A DNA stretch of 64,000 nucleotides from an uncultured Actinomycetes bacterium (GCA_963703605.1 CAVPFC010000016.1:26122-90121), one strand, 5' to 3'. Numbered from the stretch's first letter, positions 1 through 9,749 are shown. Notes: generated from the letters alone by a model not told the origin. Made by a program: numbers and translations.

Positions 1-355
1 CGACCGAGATCAGCGACGGGCTGCGCAGCCACCGGTATCCCTCCTGGCAGGAGGCGACCCAGTCCTCGAACCCCGGGTCGGCGGGGCTGGGGATGGCGTC
101 CGCCTCGTCGGCCCCATCCCCCGACAGCAGCCGCAGGTCGATGCCGGACGAGAACGACGGGCCATCGCCGCGCACCACCACCACCCGCACCTCGGGCGGC
201 AGCCCGCGGCCGATGGCGGCCAGGCCGTGCCACATCCGGGGCGTCATGGCGTTGCGCCGGGTGGGCCGCGACAACGTCACGGTGGCCGCCCCGGCCATGG
301 GCAGCCCGGGCTCATAACGCAGGCCCGCGCCGTCCAGGTCGGCCGGGCTGGGCAA
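1..355 (-). CDS. enoyl-CoA hydratase/isomerase (crotonase) family protein, N-terminal part; gene runs off the left edge
   Basis: Absent from the ORF track because it is truncated. My reverse-strand translation from TTG 355 (alternative ATG 298) reads MPSPADLDGAGLRYEPGLPMAGAATVTLSRPTRRNAMTPRMWHGLAAIGRGLPPEVRVVVVRGDGPSFSSGIDLR. This is the typical crotonase N-terminus (TLxRPxxRNA ... FSSGxDL). Confidence 0.65.
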   Translation of the reverse strand, partial: MPSPADLDGAGLRYEPGLPMAGAATVTLSRPTRRNAMTPRMWHGLAAIGRGLPPEVRVVVVRGDGPSFSSGIDLRLLSGDGADEADAIPSPADPGFEDWVASCQEGYRWLRSPSLISV

Positions 356-363
356 CGGCCCTA

Positions 364-585
364 TCAGCGCTTCGCCTTGGCCTTGCCGCGCGTGGCGCCA
401 CCCCGGCCGCGCAGCGATACCCCGTTCTCGGTCAGGATGCGGTGGACGAAGCCGTAGGAGCGGCCGGTGTCCGCGGCCAGGGCGCGGATGCTCTCGCCCG
501 AGTCGTACCTCTTCTTCAGGTCGGCCGCTAGCTTGGCACGGTCGGCACCGGTGACTCGGGTGCCTTTCTTGAGGGTTTCGGCCAC
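364..585 (-). CDS. small helix-turn-helix DNA-binding protein (Rv1473A-like)
   Basis: 73-aa ORF with a GTG start preceded by GGGAGG. It contains IRALAADTGRSYGFVHRILTENGV (an HTH) and a basic C-terminal tail. It lies directly downstream of the ABC-F gene, as in mycobacteria (recalled). Confidence 0.75.
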   Translation of the reverse strand: MAETLKKGTRVTGADRAKLAADLKKRYDSGESIRALAADTGRSYGFVHRILTENGVSLRGRGGATRGKAKAKR

Positions 586-744
586 GCGTACCTCCCGTGA
601 ACTTAGCGGACCGCTGCGTCACCACCTCTCGCCATGATCACGCATTACCACCCCAATCGGCTACCCACATGGGGGTAAGTGATCAACTACTTTTCGGGTC
701 GGCCTGCGGTACCGAGGTGCGCCACGCCGGCCCCGGCGAGGCCG

Positions 745-2343
745 TCAGGCCAGCGCCACCAGGTCGGACAGCTCGTCGCTCCACGAGTCCTCGACGCCGT
801 CGGGGAGCAGGATGACCCGTTGCGGCGCGAGCGCCTCGACGGCGCCCTCGTCGTGGGTGACGAGCACGATCGCGCCCCGGTACAGGCGCAGGGCGTTGAG
901 GATCTCGGCCCTGCTCAACGGGTCGAGGTTGTTGGTCGGCTCGTCGAGCAGCAGCACGTTCGCGCCGGACACCACCAGCAGCGCGAGCGCCAGCCGGGTC
1001 CGCTCCCCGCCGGACAGGACGCTGGCCGGCTTTGCCACCTCGTCGCCGGGGAACAGGAACGAGCCGAGCACGCGGCGCTGCTCCCCCTCGGTCAGGCCGG
1101 GCGCGGCCGCGGCCATGTTTTGCAGCACGGTCTTGTCGAGGTCCAGGGTCTCGTGCTCCTGGGCGTAGTAGCCGAGCACCAGCCCGTGGCCGGGCAGCAC
1201 CTCCCCCGCGTCGGGCGGTTCCAGGCCGGTCAGCAGCCGCAGCAGCGTCGTCTTCCCCGCCCCGTTCAGCCCGAGCACCACGATGCGCGCGCCGCGGTCC
1301 ACCGCCACGTCCACACCGGTGAACACCTCGAGCGAGCCGTAGGACTTGGCCAGCCCCCGGGCCGTCAGCGGCGTCTTGCCGCACGGCGCCGGCTCGGGGA
1401 AGCGCAGCCGGGCCACCCGCTCGGCGCGACGGTCGGCGGCCACCCCGGCCAGCAGTCGCTGCGCCCGGCGTTCCATGCCCTGGGCCGCCTTGGCCTTGGT
1501 GGCCTTCGCGCGCATCTTGTCCGCCTGTGCCTGGAGCGCGGCCGCCTGGCGGCGGGAGTTCTGCGCCTCCCTGACGCGCCGCCGGGCGTCGGTTTCCCGC
1601 TGGTCCAGGTAAACGCGCCAGCCGACGTTGTAGATGTCCAGCGTGGTGCGGTCGGCGTCCAGGTAGAAGACCTTGTTGACCACCGCGTCCAGCAGGGCGG
1701 TGTTGTGGCTGATCACCATCACCGCGCCGCGGAACGCCCGCAGGTGATCGCGAAGCCAGGAGACGGAGTCCGCGTCCAGGTGGTTCGTCGGCTCGTCGAG
1801 CAGCAGGGTCGTCGCGCCGGAGAACAGGATCCTGGCCAATTCCACCCGGCGCCGCTGCCCGCCGGACAGCGTCCGCAGCGGCTGGGACATGACCCGGCTG
1901 GGCAGGCCCAGGCTGGCGGCGATGGACGCCGCCTCCGACTCCGCCGCGTAACCACCGAGCCCGAGCAGCCGTTCCTCGGCGTTGCCGTAACGGCGCACCG
2001 CCGCGTCCCGGCGGGCCGGGTCCGGGTCGGCCATCTGTTTTTCCGCGTTGCGCATCGCGGCCCGCACCTCATCGAGCCCCCGGGCGGACAGCACCCGGTC
2101 CATGGCCAGGCCGGTCAGGTCACCGGCCCGCGAGTCCTGCGGCAGGTACCCGATGGTGCCGGTCCGCTGGACCGTACCGGCCGCGGGCAGCCCCTCGCCG
2201 GCCAGCACCCGCGCCAGCGTGGTCTTGCCCGCCCCGTTCCGCCCGACCAGGCCGATCTTGTCGCCGGGGGCGACCTGAAAGCTGGCGTCGTCCAGGAGCA
2301 GCCGCGCTCCCGCGCGCAGTTCCAGCCCGCTCGCTACTAGCAT
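745..2343 (-). CDS. ABC-F family ATPase (two ABC cassettes, no membrane domain)
   Basis: 532 aa. Two Walker A motifs (GRNGAGKTT, GLNGAGKTT) and two signature motifs (LSGGQRRR, LSGGERTR) are separated by a charged linker (RRRVREAQNSRRQAAALQAQADKMRAKATKAKAAQ). Confidence 0.95.
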   Translation of the reverse strand: MLVASGLELRAGARLLLDDASFQVAPGDKIGLVGRNGAGKTTLARVLAGEGLPAAGTVQRTGTIGYLPQDSRAGDLTGLAMDRVLSARGLDEVRAAMRNAEKQMADPDPARRDAAVRRYGNAEERLLGLGGYAAESEAASIAASLGLPSRVMSQPLRTLSGGQRRRVELARILFSGATTLLLDEPTNHLDADSVSWLRDHLRAFRGAVMVISHNTALLDAVVNKVFYLDADRTTLDIYNVGWRVYLDQRETDARRRVREAQNSRRQAAALQAQADKMRAKATKAKAAQGMERRAQRLLAGVAADRRAERVARLRFPEPAPCGKTPLTARGLAKSYGSLEVFTGVDVAVDRGARIVVLGLNGAGKTTLLRLLTGLEPPDAGEVLPGHGLVLGYYAQEHETLDLDKTVLQNMAAAAPGLTEGEQRRVLGSFLFPGDEVAKPASVLSGGERTRLALALLVVSGANVLLLDEPTNNLDPLSRAEILNALRLYRGAIVLVTHDEGAVEALAPQRVILLPDGVEDSWSDELSDLVALA

Positions 2344-2490
2344 GAGGAACCACTCTCCGTCTAATGTCTGTCACATTCCGTAAGCAATTCCGCGCAGCGG
2401 AACCCGCATCACGGCAGTTGTGACGACGTGAGAGAGGGCACGAAGCGAGCGTACCCGTTCGCATCCGGCGACTGAAACCCTTATCCCTGG

Positions 2491-2545
2491 CCGGGCCGCC
2501 CCGCCGGACGGCCCCAGGCCCGGTCCGGGCCGCCCCGCCAGACGG
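2491..2545. repeat. two 21-bp direct repeats CCGGGCCGCCCCGCC(G/A)GACGG, 34 bp apart
   Basis: Read directly: 2491-2511 and 2525-2545 differ at one position. They lie in the intergenic region between the ABC-F gene (minus) and the DUF222/HNH gene (plus). Confidence 0.9.
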
Positions 2546-2670
2546 TATCTGGGCGGACCATCCACCGAACGGCGAAACTAGTCAATTTCCTCGAACACAG
2601 CTACGAGTTTTGTCGGTGGCTGGCGATAACCTATTAGGCAGTAAAGCAACTCAGTTCGAGAGGCGGTCCG

Positions 2671-4665
2671 GTGCCCAGTTCATCCAGCGTTCACGTCGCC
2701 GCGCCCGGCGCGGGCCAGCAGCGCGTGGGTGAACTGGGTGCGCGTGGACAGGGCGCCGGCGCTCGGGACGGCGCGTCACTGACCGAGCTGGAGCTCGCCT
2801 GGCTGGCCGCCTGGGACCGGGCCGGTGGGCTGGCTGAGGATGAGGAATGGCTGGCCGAGGGCGGGGATTGGCTCGACGATCTGCCGCCCGAGCGCTGGGA
2901 CGAGCCCGTGCCGGTGGCTGGCCCGGCGGCCCGGCCGGCGCCGCCGCCCGTTGAGGCGCTGCCGGGGATGACGCCACGCCGCTGGGGAACCGGCGGTGGC
3001 TTCGACGCGGGCGGGGTGGCGGATACGATCCAGCCGGGCCCGGTGCTGGCGGGGCTGGCCGCCGATAAGCAGGACGCGGGCCTGGCCCGGGTCAGTGACG
3101 ATGAGCTGGCCGGCTTGATGATCGCCTGGCGGCGAATCGCTTCCTGGGCCACCGCGGGCGAACTGGCCGCGGTCGCCGAGCTTGACCGCCGGCGCACCGC
3201 CCAGGCCGCGGTGGGCGCGGATCCGCACCTGGCCGAGCACGTGGCCGATGAGGTAGCGATGGTGCTTACCCTGACCGCCCGCGCGGCCGGCAAGCTCACC
3301 GATTTCGCGCTCAGCCTGGCCAGGCTGCCCAAGACCAGGGCGGCGCTGCGGGCCGGAGACATCGATGCCCCGAAGGCCTCGGTGATCATCGATGAGCTGG
3401 CCGGGCTGGACGGCCCACACGCCGCCCGGGTGGAGGCTTCGGTCATCGGCAACGCTGCGCGGCAGACCACCGGTGAACTGCGGCGGGCATCCCGGCGGGC
3501 GGTCATTGCCGCCGACCCGGATGCGGCCCGCCGCCGGAAGGAGAAGGCAGCCAGGGATGCCCGCGTCGAGTGCTGGCAGGAGCAGGCCGGAACGACCGCG
3601 CTGGCGGGCCGCGACCTGCCACCCGCTGGGGCGCTGGCTGCCGACCAGCGGATCAGTGCCTATGCGCGCTGGCTGAAGAACGCCGGGGCCGCCGGCACCC
3701 TCGATGGACTGCGCGCGCAGGTATACCTGGCGCTACTGAACGGCCAGCCGGTGGAATCCCTCCTCCCGGTAGCCGGGGAATGCGAAGACACTCCGTCCAA
3801 AGGCACCCCGTGCGATGGCGCCCCGTGCGAAGACACACCGTCCAAAGGCACCGGGCCCGGTGATGGACTCCTTGGCGGTCCGCCGCCAGCGCCCGGCTCG
3901 GCCTCGGCGGGCGGGGTCCTGAAGCCGGGGATGCGCGGCACCGTGAACTTGATCTTGCCGCTGGCAACGTGGCTGGGCTGGTCGCAAGGTGCTGGCGAAG
4001 CCGCCGGGTTCGGGCCGCTTGATGCGGAGGACTCACGAGCCTTGGCCGCCGCGCTCGCCCGGGACTCCGCCACTCGGTGGTGCCTGACAATCGTGGGCTC
4101 GGACGGACGGGCGGTCGCCCACGGCTGCGCGAAGGCCGGCCCCGGCCATCCGGTGGCGCCTGACGATCACCGATACCGACGCGCGGGCGCCGCGCATGGC
4201 TCCGCCGCATCTCGACCAGGCCAGCCCCCCGGAGAAACCGCTGGTCAGCCGCCCATGTCAGGCCCGGGTGCGGGGCCCGGCCCGCCACGGCTGGCCCCCG
4301 GCGTCGTCTCCTGGCTGGCCGGGATCGGGCTGGCCTGGCTGGAAGCTGGGACGTGCAGTCACCGGTGGGAATCCGCTGGCTACCGGCCGTCGCCGTCATT
4401 GGCGCACCTGATCCAGATCCGGCAACAGCGGTGCACCGCCCCTGGCTGCCGCCGCCCAGCCGAAGCCTGTGACTTCGAGCACACCATCCCGTGGCACCGT
4501 GGCGGCCGGACCTGCCTGTGCAACGGCGGGCCGTGTTGCCGTCGGCATCACCGCTGCAAGCAGGCCAGCGGATGGGGGCTAGCCCAGCCGCGGCCGGGCG
4601 TGTTCATCTGGACCGCCCCACACGGACGCCGCTACCGGACCGAACCCGAGCCCTACCCTCACTAA
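2671..4665 (+). CDS. DUF222 domain protein with C-terminal HNH endonuclease motif (13E12-repeat-family type)
   Basis: 664-aa ORF. The C-terminus CTAPGCRRPAEACDFEHTIPWHRGGRTCLCNGGPCCRRHHRCKQ is the HNH/zinc-hook signature. The Ala/Arg-rich helical N-terminal two thirds is typical of DUF222. The start codon is uncertain (GTG 2671). Confidence 0.85.
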   Translation: MPSSSSVHVAAPGAGQQRVGELGARGQGAGARDGASLTELELAWLAAWDRAGGLAEDEEWLAEGGDWLDDLPPERWDEPVPVAGPAARPAPPPVEALPGMTPRRWGTGGGFDAGGVADTIQPGPVLAGLAADKQDAGLARVSDDELAGLMIAWRRIASWATAGELAAVAELDRRRTAQAAVGADPHLAEHVADEVAMVLTLTARAAGKLTDFALSLARLPKTRAALRAGDIDAPKASVIIDELAGLDGPHAARVEASVIGNAARQTTGELRRASRRAVIAADPDAARRRKEKAARDARVECWQEQAGTTALAGRDLPPAGALAADQRISAYARWLKNAGAAGTLDGLRAQVYLALLNGQPVESLLPVAGECEDTPSKGTPCDGAPCEDTPSKGTGPGDGLLGGPPPAPGSASAGGVLKPGMRGTVNLILPLATWLGWSQGAGEAAGFGPLDAEDSRALAAALARDSATRWCLTIVGSDGRAVAHGCAKAGPGHPVAPDDHRYRRAGAAHGSAASRPGQPPGETAGQPPMSGPGAGPGPPRLAPGVVSWLAGIGLAWLEAGTCSHRWESAGYRPSPSLAHLIQIRQQRCTAPGCRRPAEACDFEHTIPWHRGGRTCLCNGGPCCRRHHRCKQASGWGLAQPRPGVFIWTAPHGRRYRTEPEPYPH

Positions 4666-4749
4666 GGGCAGCACTTCGTTACGCGAGCCCCGCTTCCCGG
4701 GCGGCGCGGGAGTAAATCGGCTCGGCACCGTCCTCCATCCACAGGTGCC

Positions 4750-5013
4750 TTGGCAGGTCGCCAGATGCAGGAGGAGGTGCCGGCCAACCTGCTCGGGCGG
4801 GCCTCGGCGGTGGACTGGATGCTGTCGCTCGCGCTGGCCCCGGCCGGCACGATCGCCGGGGGCGCGGTCGCCGCGGTGGCCGGCGTCCGGCTGGCCCTCG
4901 TGCTCGGCGGCTCCGTCGCGGCGGCCATGGGCGCCGTCGTGCTGCTCCCATCGGTCACCGAACCAGGCCACCGCCACCCCGGCAGTCCTGCCGTCCTCAG
5001 GCAGGCCCGGTGA
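4750..5013 (+). pseudogene. orphan 3' fragment of an MFS transporter gene (last two TM helices only)
   Basis: 87-aa ORF ...QEEVPANLLGRASAVDWMLSLALAPAGTIAGGAVAAVAGVRLALVLGGSVAAAMGAVVLLPSV. This matches the conserved C-terminal VPxxLLGR(V/A)S motif plus TM11-12 of EntS/DHA3-like MFS proteins. No upstream MFS coding sequence exists; the HNH gene ends at 4665. Confidence 0.45.
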
Positions 5014-5812
5014 GGCGGATGCGGACCGCAAGGAACAGCCGCGGCGTGTCCCGCAGTACCGCCAGCCTGGGATCGGGCACGGTGAGAAAGCGGTCCACCG
5101 CCTGCTTCATCACCGGGCGCAGCCGGTTGTCGGCCAGGACCCCGGCTATGGCGCGGCGGTCGCCGCCGAGCACCACGGCGTCCAGCCGGCCGGCGTAGGG
5201 CCCCATCACGCGCAGCGCGGTGTCCGCGGCCGCCCCGAGCGCGCTCGCCGCCTGGTTCTCCCGGCGCCGGGCAAACCGGTGCTGCGACGTGCCGCCCGCG
5301 GCGGACCGCCCGTGCACCAGCCGCGAGCCGGTCTTGGAGCTGACCAGCCGGGGCGGGCTGCCCGCGAAGACCCCGGCGGCGAACCCGCCGAGCCGGACCA
5401 GCAGCACGCCTACGGTCCGGTCGATGGCCGCGTGCTCGGCCATCAGCCCCGCGAGCACCGTCGGGCTGGCGGGCCAGCGCTCGGGCGCCGTCATCGGCGG
5501 GAACGGCGGGTGGCACTCGGCGACCGCGCCGTCCGCGCCGCGCAACACCAGCACGGGCCGACTGGGTTCCGCGGACAGCGGCCCGTGCCGGTCGGCGAAC
5601 GACCCAACCCACCGCACGATCCGGTCCGGCGCCACGTCCACCCAGCGCGCGCCGCCCGCGGACGGCTCCTCCGCCGCACCGGACCCGCTGGGCACGCCAG
5701 TCTCATCAGCCCCGGGGCCAGGCTCGCCACCGGCCCGCGGGCTCCCGGAACTAGGGCCCGGCTCGCTGGCTCCGTCGGCCGGGCCAGTCTCATCCGCCCC
5801 GCTGTCGGTCAT
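4997..5812 (-). CDS. acVLRF1 family (Vms1/ANKZF1-like) peptidyl-tRNA hydrolase
   Basis: 271 aa. The motif RSAAGGTSQHRFARRRENQ matches the VLRF1 catalytic GxxQ-RF-R-RE loop. The eRF1-like fold context includes LLVRLGGFAAGVF ... VVLGGDRRA. The N-terminal tail is acidic and Gly/Pro-rich. Confidence 0.75.
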   Translation of the reverse strand: MTDSGADETGPADGASEPGPSSGSPRAGGEPGPGADETGVPSGSGAAEEPSAGGARWVDVAPDRIVRWVGSFADRHGPLSAEPSRPVLVLRGADGAVAECHPPFPPMTAPERWPASPTVLAGLMAEHAAIDRTVGVLLVRLGGFAAGVFAGSPPRLVSSKTGSRLVHGRSAAGGTSQHRFARRRENQAASALGAAADTALRVMGPYAGRLDAVVLGGDRRAIAGVLADNRLRPVMKQAVDRFLTVPDPRLAVLRDTPRLFLAVRIRLTGPA

Positions 5813-5891
5813 CGGTCACCTCCGGTTCACCTAACCCGCGCCGCCAGCCCCGTGTCCCGGCTGCCCATCGGTTGTCCTGGTTGCCACAACC

Positions 5892-5912
5892 ATGACGAAG
5901 CCCTCGGGTCAT
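5892..5912. promoter_or_regulatory. candidate LysR-type T-N11-A dyad ATGAC-N11-GTCAT
   Basis: Read directly: ATGAC at 5892-5896 and GTCAT at 5908-5912, about 75 bp upstream of the LysR start. Function is inferred only. Confidence 0.3.
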
Positions 5913-5986
5913 AGCGATAGCTTTCGAATCTTATGGAAATGCTAGGTTTTAGCTTAGCAATCGCGGACCCACGGCCCGAGGTGCTT

Positions 5987-6921
5987 GTGACACTGAACCA
6001 GCTCCGCACGTTTCTCGCGGTGGCCGACAACGAATCGGTGCACGGGGCCGCCCAGGAACTTGTCGTCACCCAGGCGGCGGTCTCCGCCTCGCTGGCCGCG
6101 CTCCAGAAGGGCCTCGGGCTCGCCCTGGTGGCCCCGGACGGGCGCGGGCTGCGGCTCACCGACGCGGGCAAGGCGTACGCCGGCTACGCCCGCCGCATCC
6201 TCGGCCTGCTCGATGAGGCGGGCCTCGCCGCCGCGGCAAGCGCCGACCCCGAGCGCGGTGAACTCCGGATCGCCGCCGTGACCACGGCCGCCGAGCAGGT
6301 GGTGCCGCATATCCTCGGCGGATTCCGCCACCAGCACCCGCTGACCGGCATCCGGCTCGAGGCCGGCAACCGGGAGCGGGTGCGCTCCCTGCTCGACCGG
6401 CACCAGGTAGACCTGGTGGTCAGCGGGCGCCCCGAACCCGGCTGGGCGGTCGACGTGCTCGCGGTGCGGCCGCACGAGCTGGTCGTGGTCGCCGCCCCCG
6501 ACCTGGCCGCCGACGCCGCGCGCGCCGCCAGGCCGGCGCCGCCGGGCCCGCCGACCGGGCCGGGTTGCTGACCTGGATGGCGCGCCAGACCTGGCTGTTG
6601 CGGGAGCCGGGCTCTGGCACGAGGGCCAGCACCGCCGCGCTGCTGGCCGAGCTGGACATCGCCCCGCTCACGCTGATCGTTGGGTCCAACGGCGCCATCA
6701 AGGAGTCGGCGGGCGTCGGCCTGGGAGTCACCCTGGTGTCCCGCGACGCGGTCGCCGCCGAACTGGCAACCGGCCGGCTTGCGGAGCTCCCGGTCCCCGG
6801 CACCCCCCTGCACCGGGACTGGTACCTGGCCGCCCGGACGGAACCCGTCCCTCCCCCGGCCGCCCGCCTCGTGGAGCACGTCCTGCACACCGGGTCCTTC
6901 CGCGCCCCACTGCGCGGTTAA
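5987..6921 (+). pseudogene. LysR-family transcriptional regulator (possible CbbR), interrupted by a -1 frameshift near 6525-6560
   Basis: ORF 5933-6571 carries the HTH (LNQLRTFLAVADNESVHGAAQELVVTQAAVSASLAALQ). ORF 6565-6921, in another frame, carries the rest of the effector domain (QTWLLREPGSGTRAS...). Together they form one LysR protein of about 310 aa. The likely start is GTG 5987 (or 5981). Confidence 0.8.
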
Positions 6922-7559
6922 CGATCGGCGCGCAGGGAGCTCAGGTCGAGGCCGTTGATGTCGGCCAGGCGTTCGCCCGCGGCCAGCCTCGCGCGGGTTT
7001 TGGACTCGCGGTCGATAAGGGCGGCCACGTCCGCTTGGACACTTGCCCAGTGAGCGGCGGGGACCACGGCTACGCCGTCCCGGTCGGCGATGATCTGGTC
7101 GCCGGGTGCTACGAGTACGCCGCCAACTACTACGGGGGCGCCTACTGATACGGCGCTGGCCTTGGCTGCCTGTCCCGGCGCCGTGCCGGTTGACCATATG
7201 GGGAAACCAAGCTCGTCGAGGTCGGCGATGTCCCTGACCGGACCCTGGACCACTAGGCCGGCCAGACCCTGGTTCAGGGCGTCGGTGGCCATCAGCTCGC
7301 CGAACAGGGCGCATCGTGTGGTGCCGGTGCCGTCGCAGACCAGGACGGTGCCGGGGGTGGCCTGGTAGAGGGCGGCGTGCATGGCCAGGTTGTCTTCGGG
7401 GGCGCAGGCGCAGGTCACGGCCGGGCCGCAGAGGTAGGGGCGGCCGGCGTGAGTGGCCAGGCCGGTCATGATCCGGGCACGGTCACGGCCCGCCTGGGCC
7501 ACGGCGGTCACCGGAACGGGACCGGGGTAGTTGGCCGACGGCTCCTTGGGCTGGGTCAT
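6918..7559 (-). CDS. RraA family protein (RNase E regulator / HMG-CHA aldolase-oxaloacetate decarboxylase fold)
   Basis: 213 aa with GTVLVCDG...ALFGELMATDALNQGLAGLVVQGPVRD...GFPIWSTG and a GAGGAG RBS. It converges on the LysR gene, overlapping its 3' end by 4 nt. Confidence 0.8.
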   Translation of the reverse strand: MTQPKEPSANYPGPVPVTAVAQAGRDRARIMTGLATHAGRPYLCGPAVTCACAPEDNLAMHAALYQATPGTVLVCDGTGTTRCALFGELMATDALNQGLAGLVVQGPVRDIADLDELGFPIWSTGTAPGQAAKASAVSVGAPVVVGGVLVAPGDQIIADRDGVAVVPAAHWASVQADVAALIDRESKTRARLAAGERLADINGLDLSSLRADR

Positions 7560-7568
7560 GCTAGCTCC

Positions 7569-7628
7569 TCGCGCGCTGACGTTAATGGTGCGCGCTGGAC
7601 GTCAACTGTGCGCGCTGACCTAGTTAAC
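7569..7628. repeat. three phased imperfect direct repeats GCGCGCTG(G)AC..GT(T/C)AA(T/C), about 20-bp period
   Basis: Read directly: GCGCGCTG begins at 7571, 7590 and 7610, and GTTAAT/GTCAAC/GTTAAC begin at 7581, 7601 and 7623. The array lies 11-70 nt upstream of the RraA start and 190-250 nt upstream of the cbbL start. Confidence 0.85.
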
Positions 7629-7741
7629 CGCCAGGTAGGCCGGCCCCGGACCTCAGCCGCACTCCAACCCGCGTAGACGATCGGCGGCCTGTCGGCAACT
7701 CATAAGTCTTAGCTTGATTATCACCGCCAAACTCTCAATAG

Positions 7742-9260
<1,519 letters not shown>

Positions 9261-9293
9261 CCGGCGGCCTGACACCCAGCAACGGGAGCACCC

Positions 9294-9749
9294 ATGCGGA
9301 TCACCCAAGGAACCTTTTCCTACCTGCCCGACCTCAGCGACGCCGAGATCACGGCGCAGATAGCGTACGCGCAGGCGCAGGGCTGGGCCGTGGCCGTCGA
9401 GTTCACCGACGACCCGCACCCGCGCAACGTTCTCTGGGAGATGTGGGGGCTGCCGATGTTCGGCCTCGCCGACCCGGCCGGCGCCATGCAGGAGGTGCTC
9501 GCCTGCCGCACCCAGTACCCGGGGCACTACATCCGGGTGACCGCGTACGACGCGAGCCTGGGCCGCCAGACCACCGCGCTGAGCTTCATCGTCAACCGGC
9601 CCGCGGACGAGCCCGGCTTCCGGCTGGACCGCCAGGAGACCACGGACCGCAGGATCCGCTACTCGCTGCACCCTTACGCCGCCGACCGGCCACGGGGACA
9701 GCGTTATGCGGAAGATTCTTCCGCACAGAACGGGGCGCGGGAAAGCTGA
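9294..9749 (+). CDS. cbbS: RuBisCO small subunit, red-type
   Basis: 151 aa: [19 protein letters not shown]...[15 protein letters not shown]...[19 protein letters not shown], including the C-terminal extension typical of red-type CbbS. Confidence 0.9.
   Translation: MRITQGTFSYLPDLSDAEITAQIAYAQAQGWAVAVEFTDDPHPRNVLWEMWGLPMFGLADPAGAMQEVLACRTQYPGHYIRVTAYDASLGRQTTALSFIVNRPADEPGFRLDRQETTDRRIRYSLHPYAADRPRGQRYAEDSSAQNGARES

Noticed and set aside
2671-4665. The HNH protein as part of a defence or restriction system.
   Set aside because: No methyltransferase, helicase, ATPase or other defence-type partner is adjacent. The DUF222-HNH architecture is the common stand-alone actinobacterial family.
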